A stretch of DNA of 64,000 nucleotides from an uncultured bacterium. GTDB lineage: Bacteria > Muiribacteriota > UBA9980. A model generated the notes under the pieces. It was given only the letters and a program-made list of their open reading frames with translations, was not told the origin of the DNA and ran no database searches. This document shows positions 1-10,381 of the stretch, one piece after another. The stretch's first letter is position 1, and each line of letters starts with the position of its first letter. The position numbers and the translations under genes are program-made. The stretch is taken from positions 38,689 through 102,688 of the forward strand of contig CAZKCG010000014.1 of the NCBI GenBank assembly GCA_964551445.1. Reading direction: 5' to 3'.

Positions 1-2652
1 TTCGCAAGAACGCCGCAAAACCCGTATTTTTTATGGTCTCCCATTATCGGATCGTTCGAGTATCCGCTGGAGACTATAACTCTCGCTCCGGGATCGATCG
101 CCAGCAATTTTTCGATCGTTTCCCGTCCGCCCATGCCGCCGCGTATGACTATGTCCATTATGACGATGTCGAATAAAAGCCCGGACTCCAGCCGTTTCCG
201 GTATATCTCAAGCGTTTCATCCCCGTCGCGGGCCGTCTCCACAAGATATCCGCCATCGCTCAAAACCTCGCTCAGCGGGATGAGAACGTCTTCGTCATCA
301 TCCATTATAAGTATGCTGCCCCTGGAAATAGCGCCGGCGAAGGTTTCATTTTCCGTTCCGGCCGGCGCACGGCTCGAAACGGCCGGAAGGTATATATGAA
401 AACTGGTTCCGGAACCGGCTGTCGAATCCACGCTTATATAACCGCCATGATTTTTTATGATCGAATAGGTCGTCGAAAGCCCGAGGCCGCTGCCGCCGGT
501 TTTCGTCGTGAAGTAAGGGTCGAATATTTTCGTGATATTTTCCCCGGATATTCCGGAACCGTCGTCGCTTATGGTCACCGCGATATATTTTCCAGCCAAA
601 AGACCTGAGTCCTGATCTTTTTCAAACTCAAAATTTTCCGTTTTAATTTTAACGCATCCGTTATCCGCGATAGCCTGCTTCGAATTGATAACGATATTAG
701 TTATTACCTGCGTGATCTGGCCTTCGTCGGCTTCCGCGCTCCACAGGCCGTCAAAAAGATCGAGCTGTAAAACCACGTTCGACCCGGCAAGCGCGAACTG
801 AGCGGAAAGTTTTATTATCTCGTTTATCGAGCAGAGTTTTTTTATCGGAGCGCCGCCGCGCGAAAAAGTTATGAGCTGTTCGGTAAGGTTTTTCGCCTTA
901 TGCGACACGCCCTCGGCGCGGGCGAGTATTTCCCTGGTTTTTTCATCGTTCTTTATCCTGTTTTTCGCAAGCGAAATATTACCGATAATTCCCATAAGCA
1001 CGTTGTTAAAGTCATGCGCAATACCCCCGGCGAGTATTCCGAGCGATTCGAGTTTAGAGGTTTTTAAAGCTTCCTCCTCCATCTTCTTTCTATCGGTTAT
1101 ATCGCGCGATACGCCGACGATGTACTTTTTCCCGGCATTGTCGATATATAAAGTTTTTTTGCTGAGAAAGACCTTCACGGACCCGCCCGCGCCCGGCATC
1201 CGCTCCTCGCCTATGTAGGCGTTCCCGCTCTTTAAAACCGCGTTATCTCCGCTTACGGCTATATTCGAAGCTTCACCCGGAAAAATATCCATATCCGTTC
1301 GGCAGATTATATCTTCACGGCTTTTGCCGATGAAACCGCATAGCGAATCATTGACGAGAATATACCGGTGCAGCTCGTCTTTGACGAACATCGGATCTCC
1401 GACGGAATTTATGATCTTTTCCAGATAATCTCGCGATCCCTTAAGATCAGCCTGCGCCTGTTTTCTCTCGGCAGTTTCCATTACAAGCGATATGAGTTCG
1501 GTTATGGTGACCGCGAAATCGATGTCCTCCTGATCCCAAATCCGGTAACTTTTCTGATGTTCAACGCACAGCACTCCCACTATTTTTCCATGCAGCCAGA
1601 TAAGGGTGTCCATCATCGAAAAAATATTATGATCGCGAAGATATTTCCCTGCAAACTCCGCCGTACGCAGATCATTCCCGGCATCGTAAGCCGCAATGGT
1701 CCTGCCTTCCCTGAGCGCTCTGAAATAAACCGGGAAATCCGCAGCCATGAGTTTCGCTCCGCATTCAAAAGAACCGTCTCGATTATCATACAATTGTTCG
1801 CATATTATCGCCGAATAACCTTCGTCATACCGCCAGAAGCTAACCCTGTCGGTCTCGAATTTTTCCGCGGCGGCTTTTAATAAACGCTTCAGCGCCGGAG
1901 TCAGATCGGTATTATCCGTTTTGGTCAATTCCAGCGTTATCTGCTGATATTTAAGACGCTTCAGCGCGCGCGCTGTATAGATCGTATTTTTATGCCGGTT
2001 AATAAAAAAAGCGGTGATGAGAATGATGGTAAGAAGCGTTACCGACAGCGGCGCCGCTATGCTTTTATAAATTTCGATCTCCCATTCTCCGGCAAGCATA
2101 TCGATATTTAAAACGCCCACGGGTTTTCCGGTCTTTTTATCTCTGATCGCGACGATCCCCGACACGAATGTTCCCCATTTATCGGTATAAGGTCCAATGG
2201 TCGCCGGAACCCCTGAAATAATAACCTCTTTCCATCCCCGCGGCGCGTCCTCATAAACTTCGCCCTGAACGGCAAGTTGCTTTTCGGGATTTGTGTATCT
2301 GTCAGGTTCGGAATCAAGATAAAAAACTACTTTATCTTTTCGCAGAACGGATATGCAGATATAGCGAATATCGGACTGTGAATTTCCGATGCGCGTAAAA
2401 ATTTCTTTTTGTTTTATGAAAAGGGCGCGGTCTTTTAAAAAAGAATCGTCAACTACCGAATTTATTATATCGTCAGAAATGCCCGACGACACGATGTGAG
2501 CTTTGGAAAGAAGAATTGCACGAAGCTCATTATCCCTGGCGCGGGCGGTTTTATATATTATGATCGAGCCGGCCGCCATTATCAATATGACGCATAAAAA
2601 AAGAGGCCACCATAACTTTATAAACGATCTGAACTTTTTCAATTTATCCATA
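1..2652 (-). CDS. Hybrid sensor histidine kinase, 3'-partial (C-terminal receiver runs off the window start)
   Basis: The long minus-strand frame is open from the ATG at 2652-2650 to position 1, and the ORF track omits it because it has no stop inside the window. The reverse-strand translation shows an N-terminal TM segment, a PAS/GAF-like region, an H-box (…HDFNNVLMGIIGN…), HATPase motifs and a C-terminal CheY-like receiver (…IVIMDIVIRGGMGGRETIEKLL…). Plus-strand ORFs 133..1880 are antisense artefacts. Confidence 0.75.
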
Positions 2653-2834
2653 ACTTCTAAAGCCTCTGAAAGCAGCTCTTTCAAAAACCCGACCCCAAAA
2701 AATCCGTTCGATCCGCGTTTTTCTAAAACGCCGGCAATTAATTGGAAACTCTTTAAGTCATTATACCTTATTCTTTTTAAAAAAGTCAACCCGGCCGGCT
2801 GAACAGCCGGTTATATTTTTTTGTATCTTTTTTT

Positions 2835-2863
2835 ATTGACAAACAACCCGACTTCTGATATAA
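2835..2863 (+). promoter_or_regulatory. Consensus sigma70 promoter (TTGACA-17 bp-TATAAT) driving tRNA-Ala
   Basis: TTGACA at 2835-2840, a 17-bp spacer, TATAAT at 2858-2863, about 13 nt before the tRNA 5' end. Confidence 0.7.
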
Positions 2864-2876
2864 TGACTTTCGTTTC

Positions 2877-2949
<73 letters not shown>

Positions 2950-2961
2950 TACAAATATTCA

Positions 2962-2994
2962 AAAGGGCGAATCTTTAATTCGCCTTTTTTTATT
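2962..2994 (+). terminator. Rho-independent terminator after tRNA-Ala
   Basis: Hairpin GGGCGAAT-cttta-ATTCGCC followed by TTTTTTTATTTT. Confidence 0.7.
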
Positions 2995-3142
2995 TTCCGC
3001 CCGGTTCAGCTTTTATTTGATTTTATCTTTCTGATGTTATAAATCGCGATATCCGCATCCAGCGGCTCCATGGCCGCAAGCTCACACTTTCAAAATAAGA
3101 TCAAAAATAACAAAAATTAAAAACGACGAGGAACGATCCTGT

Positions 3143-3985
3143 ATGAGCGCATTCGTAAAAACCGACTTTCATGTCCACCCGAACTACTCTTTCGACGCCA
3201 CGCACGAACCTATCGACGATTACTGCCGCCGCGCGCTCGAACTCGGACTCACACAGATCTGCTTCACGCCTCATTACACCTCCGTTCCGGAAGTCATCGA
3301 AAAATACGGTTTCGTAAGAAAGAACGGTAAAAAATTCCCGGTCCTGGGCGACTGGCTTTCAGACTATATCCAGGACGTGGGCTCGGCCGACAAAAAATTT
3401 TCAAAAAAAGGGCTGCGTGTTTTTTCAGGACTCGAGATCGATTACGACACCATTATACATGACGACCTCAAAAAAAGACTGACCGTTGAACATAACCTCG
3501 ATTACATGCTCGGATCCGTCCATATAGTCCATGACGGCCTCGACATAATGGTTCCGGGCGAAGCGAACGATATATTCGGCAAAATGAGCATCGACGCTTT
3601 TTTCGATATCTATTTCGCTAACGTTGAAAAAACTATCGATTCCGGCTTATTCAAATGCATGGCGCATCTGGAAGGCTACCGGCGCTACGGAACGAAAGAA
3701 AATCCCGAATACGGCGACGCGGCCCTTATTCCCTTCGCGCGTTTCGAACGCGTTTTCAAAAAGATGGCCGCCAGATCTATGGTCCTTGAAATAAACCTTT
3801 CCCTTTTCAGGCACGGCTTAAATATCATCAACCCCGTAGAGTCCGTTCTAAAGGTCGCTAAAGACTGCGGAATAACTCATGTAACGATCGGTTCGGACGC
3901 GCACCGCGTGGCCGATCTGGCGGGCAACATCGATTTCGCCGAACGCGCCTGCAAAGACATCGGATTTAATATTTTCACGCTGTAA
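3143..3985 (+). CDS. PHP-family metal-dependent phosphoesterase (histidinol-phosphatase HisJ/HisK-like)
   Basis: PHP motifs DFHVHPNYSFD, TPHY, LEIDY, GSVH and GSDAH. RBS GAGGAA precedes the ATG. Confidence 0.65.
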   Translation: MSAFVKTDFHVHPNYSFDATHEPIDDYCRRALELGLTQICFTPHYTSVPEVIEKYGFVRKNGKKFPVLGDWLSDYIQDVGSADKKFSKKGLRVFSGLEIDYDTIIHDDLKKRLTVEHNLDYMLGSVHIVHDGLDIMVPGEANDIFGKMSIDAFFDIYFANVEKTIDSGLFKCMAHLEGYRRYGTKENPEYGDAALIPFARFERVFKKMAARSMVLEINLSLFRHGLNIINPVESVLKVAKDCGITHVTIGSDAHRVADLAGNIDFAERACKDIGFNIFTL

Positions 3986-4027
3986 AAATTTAAAGCGATA
4001 AGATCAGGAAAAAGGCACGCCATCATT

Positions 4028-4402
4028 TTATGGCCGGGTTATATATTTCTCCAGCTCGAAACTTTTCTTTTCTTCGGTGGCTAAAAACATTCCATTTTTA
4101 TTTGAAAATACCGAACCGGAAGCCGAGCCGGAACCGCCGCAGAAAACGATCAGCGGAGTATCCGCGCTCAGCTTTCTTAGTTCGATCGCCACTTCAAAAC
4201 CAGTAACGGCCCTCATGAACATTTCAATGTAAACAGCATCGAATTTATGTCGTTCCAGAAGCCCGGCGGCTTTTTCCAGAGAGTCGGTTATCACCGCCGA
4301 ACAGCCATTCTCATAAAGAAATCCGTTTATTTTTAACGCCTTTTTTTCATCATCTTCTATCAAAAGCACCAGATGCATATTATTCAGCTTACCTTCCCTC
4401 AT
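4028..4402 (-). CDS. Stand-alone CheY-like receiver domain protein, degenerate (Glu at the phospho-acceptor position)
   Basis: beta1 is LVLLIEDDE (acidic pair conserved). The beta3 segment FDAVYIEMF has Glu where D57 is expected, and the T87 and K109 equivalents are not conserved. It overlaps the cheA stop by 14 nt (alternative start ATG at 4378). Confidence 0.6.
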   Translation of the reverse strand: MREGKLNNMHLVLLIEDDEKKALKINGFLYENGCSAVITDSLEKAAGLLERHKFDAVYIEMFMRAVTGFEVAIELRKLSADTPLIVFCGGSGSASGSVFSNKNGMFLATEEKKSFELEKYITRP

Positions 4403-6863
4403 ATCTTGAAATATCGAAGGTTTTTATTTCCTCTGTCTGCAGAGCTATTTTGAATTTATCCGCCTCACTCGAACTCACGAATAAAATTTTAAAATACATT
4501 TCAAAATTACCTTTATCGATCTCTTCCATCGTGGGTATGGTTTTAACGACGTCGCCATATTCTTTGAGGCTTTTGAAGAGCATGAAAGCATTGACCATTT
4601 TCATCGGAAGGTCAGGGACGAATTCGACAAGTATCGAATAAAGTTTCATCTCCTGAGCTATCTTTTCCGAGATCACGAGATTTTCATAAGCGGTTATCTG
4701 AAATTTTTCTGTTTTAACGTCGATCACTCTGACAAGTTTTTTTTCGGGAGTATCTTCCTTGAATTTCAAAACGCGCTCTTTAACAGCGGCATTCGAAACA
4801 ACCGGCTTAACTCCGTTCGCGATGGATTTCATACATTCTTCGAAAAATTTCAAAACATCGAATAAAAGATCTACCCGTTCTTCGTCGATAAACTCTAATC
4901 CGCTTCTCACCTTATCAAGCATGGTTTCGAGTTCGTGGGCTATCTCGGACATATTTTTAATTCCAAGCATGGCAGTTGAGCTTTTTATTGTGTGGACCGC
5001 CCGGAATATTTCTTTGACCGCTTCAGCATCTTCAGCGTTTTTTTCAAGATTTAAAATAGATTGCGTCATCATTGACAGGTTCTTTTGCGTATCAAGCGCG
5101 AAAGTTTCATAATCCTCCAAAAGTTCGACCTCATAAAATATGTTTTCTTCAGAACCGGCGGCATGCCCGACATCCTCTTTAACCGTTATACCTACCGCCC
5201 TTATTTGCTTTTCATCGATATTTAATTTCCCGGCTATATCTTTTGGCAAAATATTTGAAATCACGAAAAATTTGATACTCATATCGAAATTTTCAGGTGA
5301 AAAATCTATTATATTATCCGCTATTTGTGCGGTCATTGGAACTACAAAAAGGATATCGCCGCAGGTTTTTATTTTTTGATAAATATCAAACCGAGATTTT
5401 TCAGCTTTGATGATATCTTTTTCAAGCATGAGATCGATCTCATAAACCGGTTCATTATTATTGAAAGCATCGAGCAGTTTTCCCTGTGAATTAAGGGCGA
5501 TCTCGAGCATTACAGCCGGATCTATGTTTGAATCTATCTCGATCTTATATTTTTTAAGAGAATTTTCTTTTTGTTTGACGGACTGCTTTTTTGCTTGAAG
5601 CCCTGTATCTTCAGGATTAACACTCGATACAGCAGCGGTTTTCGAAGCATTTTCACGGCCCATGGCAAGATTTATTATTTCGGAAGCGTCGATTATAAGC
5701 CCGACCGTATCGCCGCTTAAAAGCGTCGTGCCCGAGATTCCCCGTATGTTGCTGAAACAGTCATCGAGCATTTTTATCACTATTTTTTGAGGCGGAAGGA
5801 AGCGATCGACGCATATCCCTATTACATCATCGCGTTCCATCACCACGACAATATTTTTGACTGTTTTTGGAGACGTTCCCGCCATCCTTCTGTATAATAA
5901 AGCGGTCAGATCGTATACCGTAAGAGTGCTTCCTCTGAACATTATAGTGCACTGACCCGAAACTGACCGAAGGTCCGCTTCGCTGACCGAAAGCGTCGCG
6001 ACCACGGTGGAAATAGGTATGGCGTATATCGATCCGGCGACATCTATCATAAGCGCGTCGGTTATATTTACGGCCGAAATAATGGGGATCTTGAATGTAA
6101 ACCGTGTTCCTTCATGTAGTTTCGAACTTATACTGATAACGCCGTTAAGTTTTTCCACGCTGGTCTTGACCACGTCCATGCCTACGCCGCGCCCTGAAAC
6201 TTCGGAAACGGTCTCACGCGTCGAAAAACCGGGAAGCAAAATAAATTCATATTTTTCCTCCCTCGTCATTTTCTCGAGTTTTTCAGGCGTCGTAAGCTCA
6301 CGATCGAGCGCTTTGGCGCAGACTTTTTCGAGGTCGATACCGCTGCCGTCGTCTTCGACTTCGACATATATAAAGCGGTCTTTTTTATAGGCGTTTATTG
6401 AAACACGGCCTTCGGCCGGCTTATTATTGGCCTGACGCGCTTCGGACGATTCGATGCCGTGATCGACCGAGTTTCTGATAACGTGAATAAGCGCGCCTGA
6501 CAGTTCCTCTATTATTGTTTTATCCACCAAAGTCTCATTTCCCGAAGCCATGAATTTAACAGGTTTCCCCTGTGTCTTCGAAAGATCGCGCACGAGTCGC
6601 TGAAGCGTGATCATCGTTTCCTTGAACTCGACCTGCCTTATGTCCATTACGTTTTTATGAAGATGGTTGGCGGTCTGGCGCGAGGTCATAGAGATCTGTT
6701 TTATAAGGTTGAACGTGGTTTTATCCAGTGGTTTTTGACCGGCGAATATCTCGTCAGCCGCTTTTTCGAGAATGGCAAGCCGCGTTCCGGTTATTATGAC
6801 CTCGCCGGTCTGGTCAAGCAATTTATTAAGATAAGACATCTTTACCTGGATAGTTTCTTCCAT
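4389..6863 (-). CDS. cheA: Chemotaxis histidine kinase CheA with permuted domain order (P3-P4-P5-X-P1(HPt)-P2)
   Basis: N-terminus is the P3 dimerization segment (MSYLNKLLDQTGEVIITGTRLA). It has the HATPase N-box HVIRNSVDHGIE, G-boxes (DDGSGID, GRGVGMD, GTRFTFKIP) and a CheW-like P5. Then an HPt signature FRAVHTIKSSTAMLG sits near residue 640. The C-terminal segment MVNAFMLFKSLKEYGDVVKTIPTMEEIDKGNFEMYFKILF matches a CheY-binding P2 domain. RBS AAGGTG precedes the ATG, and there are in-frame stops upstream. Confidence 0.85.
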   Translation of the reverse strand: MEETIQVKMSYLNKLLDQTGEVIITGTRLAILEKAADEIFAGQKPLDKTTFNLIKQISMTSRQTANHLHKNVMDIRQVEFKETMITLQRLVRDLSKTQGKPVKFMASGNETLVDKTIIEELSGALIHVIRNSVDHGIESSEARQANNKPAEGRVSINAYKKDRFIYVEVEDDGSGIDLEKVCAKALDRELTTPEKLEKMTREEKYEFILLPGFSTRETVSEVSGRGVGMDVVKTSVEKLNGVISISSKLHEGTRFTFKIPIISAVNITDALMIDVAGSIYAIPISTVVATLSVSEADLRSVSGQCTIMFRGSTLTVYDLTALLYRRMAGTSPKTVKNIVVVMERDDVIGICVDRFLPPQKIVIKMLDDCFSNIRGISGTTLLSGDTVGLIIDASEIINLAMGRENASKTAAVSSVNPEDTGLQAKKQSVKQKENSLKKYKIEIDSNIDPAVMLEIALNSQGKLLDAFNNNEPVYEIDLMLEKDIIKAEKSRFDIYQKIKTCGDILFVVPMTAQIADNIIDFSPENFDMSIKFFVISNILPKDIAGKLNIDEKQIRAVGITVKEDVGHAAGSEENIFYEVELLEDYETFALDTQKNLSMMTQSILNLEKNAEDAEAVKEIFRAVHTIKSSTAMLGIKNMSEIAHELETMLDKVRSGLEFIDEERVDLLFDVLKFFEECMKSIANGVKPVVSNAAVKERVLKFKEDTPEKKLVRVIDVKTEKFQITAYENLVISEKIAQEMKLYSILVEFVPDLPMKMVNAFMLFKSLKEYGDVVKTIPTMEEIDKGNFEMYFKILFVSSSEADKFKIALQTEEIKTFDISRYEGR

Positions 6864-6963
6864 AACGCACCTTCATTTACAAACTTTTTTATCGTGTCCT
6901 TAAAGACTGCTGTAAATATCTTGTTTTCGATATTTACAGCAATCTTCAAAGTTTTTCTCAATA

Positions 6964-9255
6964 TTACGCGTTTAGTGTTAACGATGTTTTGCGGTTTTTA
7001 CCTTCAAGGGCATACAACTCATGTTTGGGTTGTTTTGAAGTTTTCACCTTCGTCGACACCACTGCGGTGGCGCTTCTAACCGCGGCCGATTTTTTAACGC
7101 TTATCTGGAATGTTTCGATAAGGCTTCTAAGCGATTCGGCCGAAGACGAAAGTTCTTCAGCCGAAGAGGCCAGTTCTTCCGACGAACTCGCGTTTTGTTC
7201 CGTAATAGCAGCCACATTTTCAATAGCTCTTGAAACTTCGTTAGCCGTAGCGCCCTGTTCTTCGGTAGCCGCGGATATCTGTTCGATCGCCCCGGCGGTC
7301 TTTTCGACGCTCAAAAGTATCTTTTTAAGGGCTTCGCCGGCCTGTTCGGAAAGCTTCGAGCCGTCGGTTACTTTCTGCGTCGATTCCTTGATAAGACTTT
7401 TTATTTCTTTCGCTGCTGATGAAGATCTTTCAGCGAGTTTTCGCACTTCGTCCGCGACGACCGCAAACCCCATGCCGTGTTCACCCGCGCGCGCAGCTTC
7501 GATAGCGGCATTCAAAGCGAGAAGGTTTGTCTGGTCTGCTATTTCGCTTATTACTCCGATGATCTCAGCTATCTGTTCGGACGACTGACTGATCTGTTTC
7601 ATCGCTTCGATGGAGTTATTTACCGCCACTTCGCCTTCGCCGGCTTCTTTTTTTGTATTTTCGGCGAGCTGGTTCGTATTTCCAGCCGATCCGGCGATAT
7701 CGTTCGTCGATTTAGTAAGTTCGCCAATGGATGCCGATATTTCCTCGACCGTCGAAGCCTGGCTCTGAGCGCCTTGTGAAACGCTCTGAGCGTTAGACGA
7801 CATTTCGCCCGATACGGCGGAGACCTGCTCTGTCGCTTCGAATACCTGCGAGAAGGCGATGTCAAGATTTTCGATGACCTTGTTGATGTTGGTCTTCATC
7901 ACATTATAAGCGCCCTGATAGCTGCCCGTCATTCTGACCGTGAGGTTCTTATCCGCGGCCTGTTCCAGCACCGTTCCGCCGTCATTGATGATAAGTAGAT
8001 TGAGCGTGTCGATGCAGGTATTGAGGTTATTCTTAAGTTCGTTGAAATCGCCGTTGTATTTATCCGTGATTCTGGCGGGCACATCGCCTTTGGATATTCG
8101 GTCAACGTATTCAGCGGCCACGTTCAAAGGTCCGATAACCGCGTCAAGCGTATTATTAACGCCTTCGACGATCTTTTTGAAGTCGCCCTGATGCTTCAAA
8201 GCGTCCGCACGGGTTGCAAGTTTGCCTTCAACGGCGGCTTTTGAAAGCATTCCCGCATCGGCCACGAGAAAGTTAACAGCATCGATGCACTGATTGAGGT
8301 TGTTCTTAATCTCGTTGAAATCGCCGTTATATGTATCAGTTATCTTAGCGGGTATATCGCCTTTGGATATTCGGTCAACATATTCCGCGGCTACATTCAG
8401 CGGCCTGATAACTGCATCGAGTGTTTTATTAACGCCTTCGACGACACCCCTGAATTCAAAATTTATTTTATTAAGATCACCGCGAACGTCAAGGTTGCCA
8501 CCTACGGCGGCTTCAGTGAGTTTTTGGACTTCATCGATGAGTCCGTCAACGATATTTTTGACGTTAAGAGTTAAAAACCATCCTACGATGATCGCCAGTA
8601 ACATTCCAAAACCGAGTGCAAAGAACATCATGGTTTTGGCGGCCGCGTAATCATCGTCGACTTTTTTAGACATCTCAGCGACCTCTTGAGCATTAATACT
8701 GGATATTTCACTCAGCATTTTGTCGATATCGACATCGAACTTCTCACATTTAATAGAAGCGTTAAATGCTTTATCGTCGAGTTCAACAACGCGGGTATCT
8801 TCGAGCTTAACACCTGATGCTATTAATTTACTCTTTTCTTTAGACAGAGATACGATTCCCTCGATGCCTTTTTTCCATTCATTCCAATCAGGAACAAATG
8901 TGTCCCACACCTTCTTTTCGCTTCCGACATGCGGAAGCAGTTCGTATACCTTCCATGAGGCGTCGGCTGTTTTGAATGTGTTTTCAATGCCATCAATCAT
9001 CGAATTTATCATCGCGGAATCAGTCGTCATTCTCGGGTTGATCAGGCCACGAACGCCGACCACGATGTTTGCCTGGGCCACCTGAAGTTCGAGTATGGAT
9101 TTAACGCTTGGAACGTTATCATCGGTAATTACATCCGTCGATTTCATTATATTAACCATGCCGGTATATCCGGCATAGCAAACAAATGAAGCTATGGCTA
9201 CCAAAAAAATGAAAGCCGTGATCACCTTGTTTCCCAGTTTCATGTTTGAAAACAT
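6964..9255 (-). CDS. Methyl-accepting chemotaxis protein with a periplasmic sensor domain and tandem HAMP-like repeats
   Basis: N-terminal TM, a sensor domain, a second TM, a duplicated [14 protein letters not shown][IV]PA[KR]ITD.YNGDFNE.KNNLN segment, and the MCP signalling domain (…[37 protein letters not shown]…). Confidence 0.9.
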   Translation of the reverse strand: MFSNMKLGNKVITAFIFLVAIASFVCYAGYTGMVNIMKSTDVITDDNVPSVKSILELQVAQANIVVGVRGLINPRMTTDSAMINSMIDGIENTFKTADASWKVYELLPHVGSEKKVWDTFVPDWNEWKKGIEGIVSLSKEKSKLIASGVKLEDTRVVELDDKAFNASIKCEKFDVDIDKMLSEISSINAQEVAEMSKKVDDDYAAAKTMMFFALGFGMLLAIIVGWFLTLNVKNIVDGLIDEVQKLTEAAVGGNLDVRGDLNKINFEFRGVVEGVNKTLDAVIRPLNVAAEYVDRISKGDIPAKITDTYNGDFNEIKNNLNQCIDAVNFLVADAGMLSKAAVEGKLATRADALKHQGDFKKIVEGVNNTLDAVIGPLNVAAEYVDRISKGDVPARITDKYNGDFNELKNNLNTCIDTLNLLIINDGGTVLEQAADKNLTVRMTGSYQGAYNVMKTNINKVIENLDIAFSQVFEATEQVSAVSGEMSSNAQSVSQGAQSQASTVEEISASIGELTKSTNDIAGSAGNTNQLAENTKKEAGEGEVAVNNSIEAMKQISQSSEQIAEIIGVISEIADQTNLLALNAAIEAARAGEHGMGFAVVADEVRKLAERSSSAAKEIKSLIKESTQKVTDGSKLSEQAGEALKKILLSVEKTAGAIEQISAATEEQGATANEVSRAIENVAAITEQNASSSEELASSAEELSSSAESLRSLIETFQISVKKSAAVRSATAVVSTKVKTSKQPKHELYALEGKNRKTSLTLNA
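8009..8445. repeat. Intragenic tandem duplication (two ~164-bp copies, period ~272 bp, ~85-90% identity) inside the MCP gene
   Basis: 8009-8172 and 8281-8445 align base by base. The plus-strand ORFs 7940..8191 and 8294..8650 translate to near-identical peptides. Confidence 0.8.
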
Positions 9256-9349
9256 AATTTTAATCCCCCTTTAATTTACTCTTTTATTTTTTTATTGCAC
9301 GGAATTAATTGTCATGTGGTTTTTTTGACGTTTGAAAGCGTAGTTTTTA

Positions 9350-10228
9350 TCATTGTTTAACTTTTTTAAAAGGATGCTCAAAACTAATATAGAAGAAAAC
9401 GCCTCGCTCGCCTTTACTCGGCCCGACCCCTATAGGAAAAGCAATTCCAGGAACTATTTGAAGCCCGTTCTTATAATTTATCGCCCAGCGCACTCCGGGA
9501 CTTACATAAAAACTTCTGGATTTCGTTGTCACGCCCGGGCCGGAAACGCTTTCTGACTGCGTCCATGCCGCTTCCAGCATCAGGTTAAAGTCCGGCTTCA
9601 TAAGGAAAATGAAACTCTGACCGAGGTTGAGATCTTGCGTGCGCGCTGTATTATCGAAAGCGTCTTTCGCGCTCGAAGTAACGGTAATTCCGGCATTGGT
9701 ATGCGACACCCATTTTTTAGAAAGCCTGACGCTTAACGGAAGATTGATCTGAACCCCGGGGCCGCCCCTGCCAAGCCCTCTTTTATAATCGCCTGTAGGT
9801 AGAACAAGTGAAAGTCTTGGCGAAAAAGCGTGTTTTTTATTTAAAACGGCCTGATAACGGTAATTCAGTAAAGTGTCTCCGGAACCGCCGTGCACTTCGG
9901 GACCTGAAGTTACGCGCAATCGCTGCAGGGTATAGCTCAACTGGTGTTTTTCGGTCGATGCCGGCCATTCCTGAGTGAAAGAATAAAGCCAGTCGTTCGT
10001 TTTCGTATTGCGCGAGAATGTGTTTATATGCTGGACCACACCCGGTTCCTGATTATAAGCTTCTTCGATCAAAAAACTGTTGTCGGAAATTATTTCTTCC
10101 TCTTCTATTTTAATTTCTTCGTTTTTTGCCGTTGATCGATCGTCAAGACTTTTTTGAGCATAAGCATGACAAAATGTATACAAGACAATCAAAACGGCCA
10201 AAATGCAACGCATTATTACTTTTATCAT
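9350..10228 (-). CDS. Exported protein with a signal peptide, possibly an outer-membrane beta-barrel; function unknown
   Basis: N-terminal signal peptide (MIKVIMRCILAVLIVLYTFCHAYA). The protein is rich in G/S/T/Y/N with alternating hydrophobic residues typical of beta-strands. RBS AAGGTG. It sits between the MCP and cheW genes on the same strand. Confidence 0.5.
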   Translation of the reverse strand: MIKVIMRCILAVLIVLYTFCHAYAQKSLDDRSTAKNEEIKIEEEEIISDNSFLIEEAYNQEPGVVQHINTFSRNTKTNDWLYSFTQEWPASTEKHQLSYTLQRLRVTSGPEVHGGSGDTLLNYRYQAVLNKKHAFSPRLSLVLPTGDYKRGLGRGGPGVQINLPLSVRLSKKWVSHTNAGITVTSSAKDAFDNTARTQDLNLGQSFIFLMKPDFNLMLEAAWTQSESVSGPGVTTKSRSFYVSPGVRWAINYKNGLQIVPGIAFPIGVGPSKGERGVFFYISFEHPFKKVKQ

Positions 10229-10381
10229 TTTTTACACCTTTTCATAAAAATTTCGGATTTCATTTCGAATTGTTAGTCATTCCAAGTCATTAGATTTCAG
10301 TAATTAATCAGCATCAGAACGACGGTCGCGAACCATCTAACGACTAACCACTAATGATCGACGATTCGTATGACTCGTCCT

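Noticed and set aside
133-1880. Four plus-strand ORFs (88-170 aa) at the window start
   Set aside because: They lie antisense to a long, motif-rich histidine-kinase reading frame on the minus strand that runs off the window edge. Their sequences are low-complexity and typical of antisense translation, and they lack an RBS.
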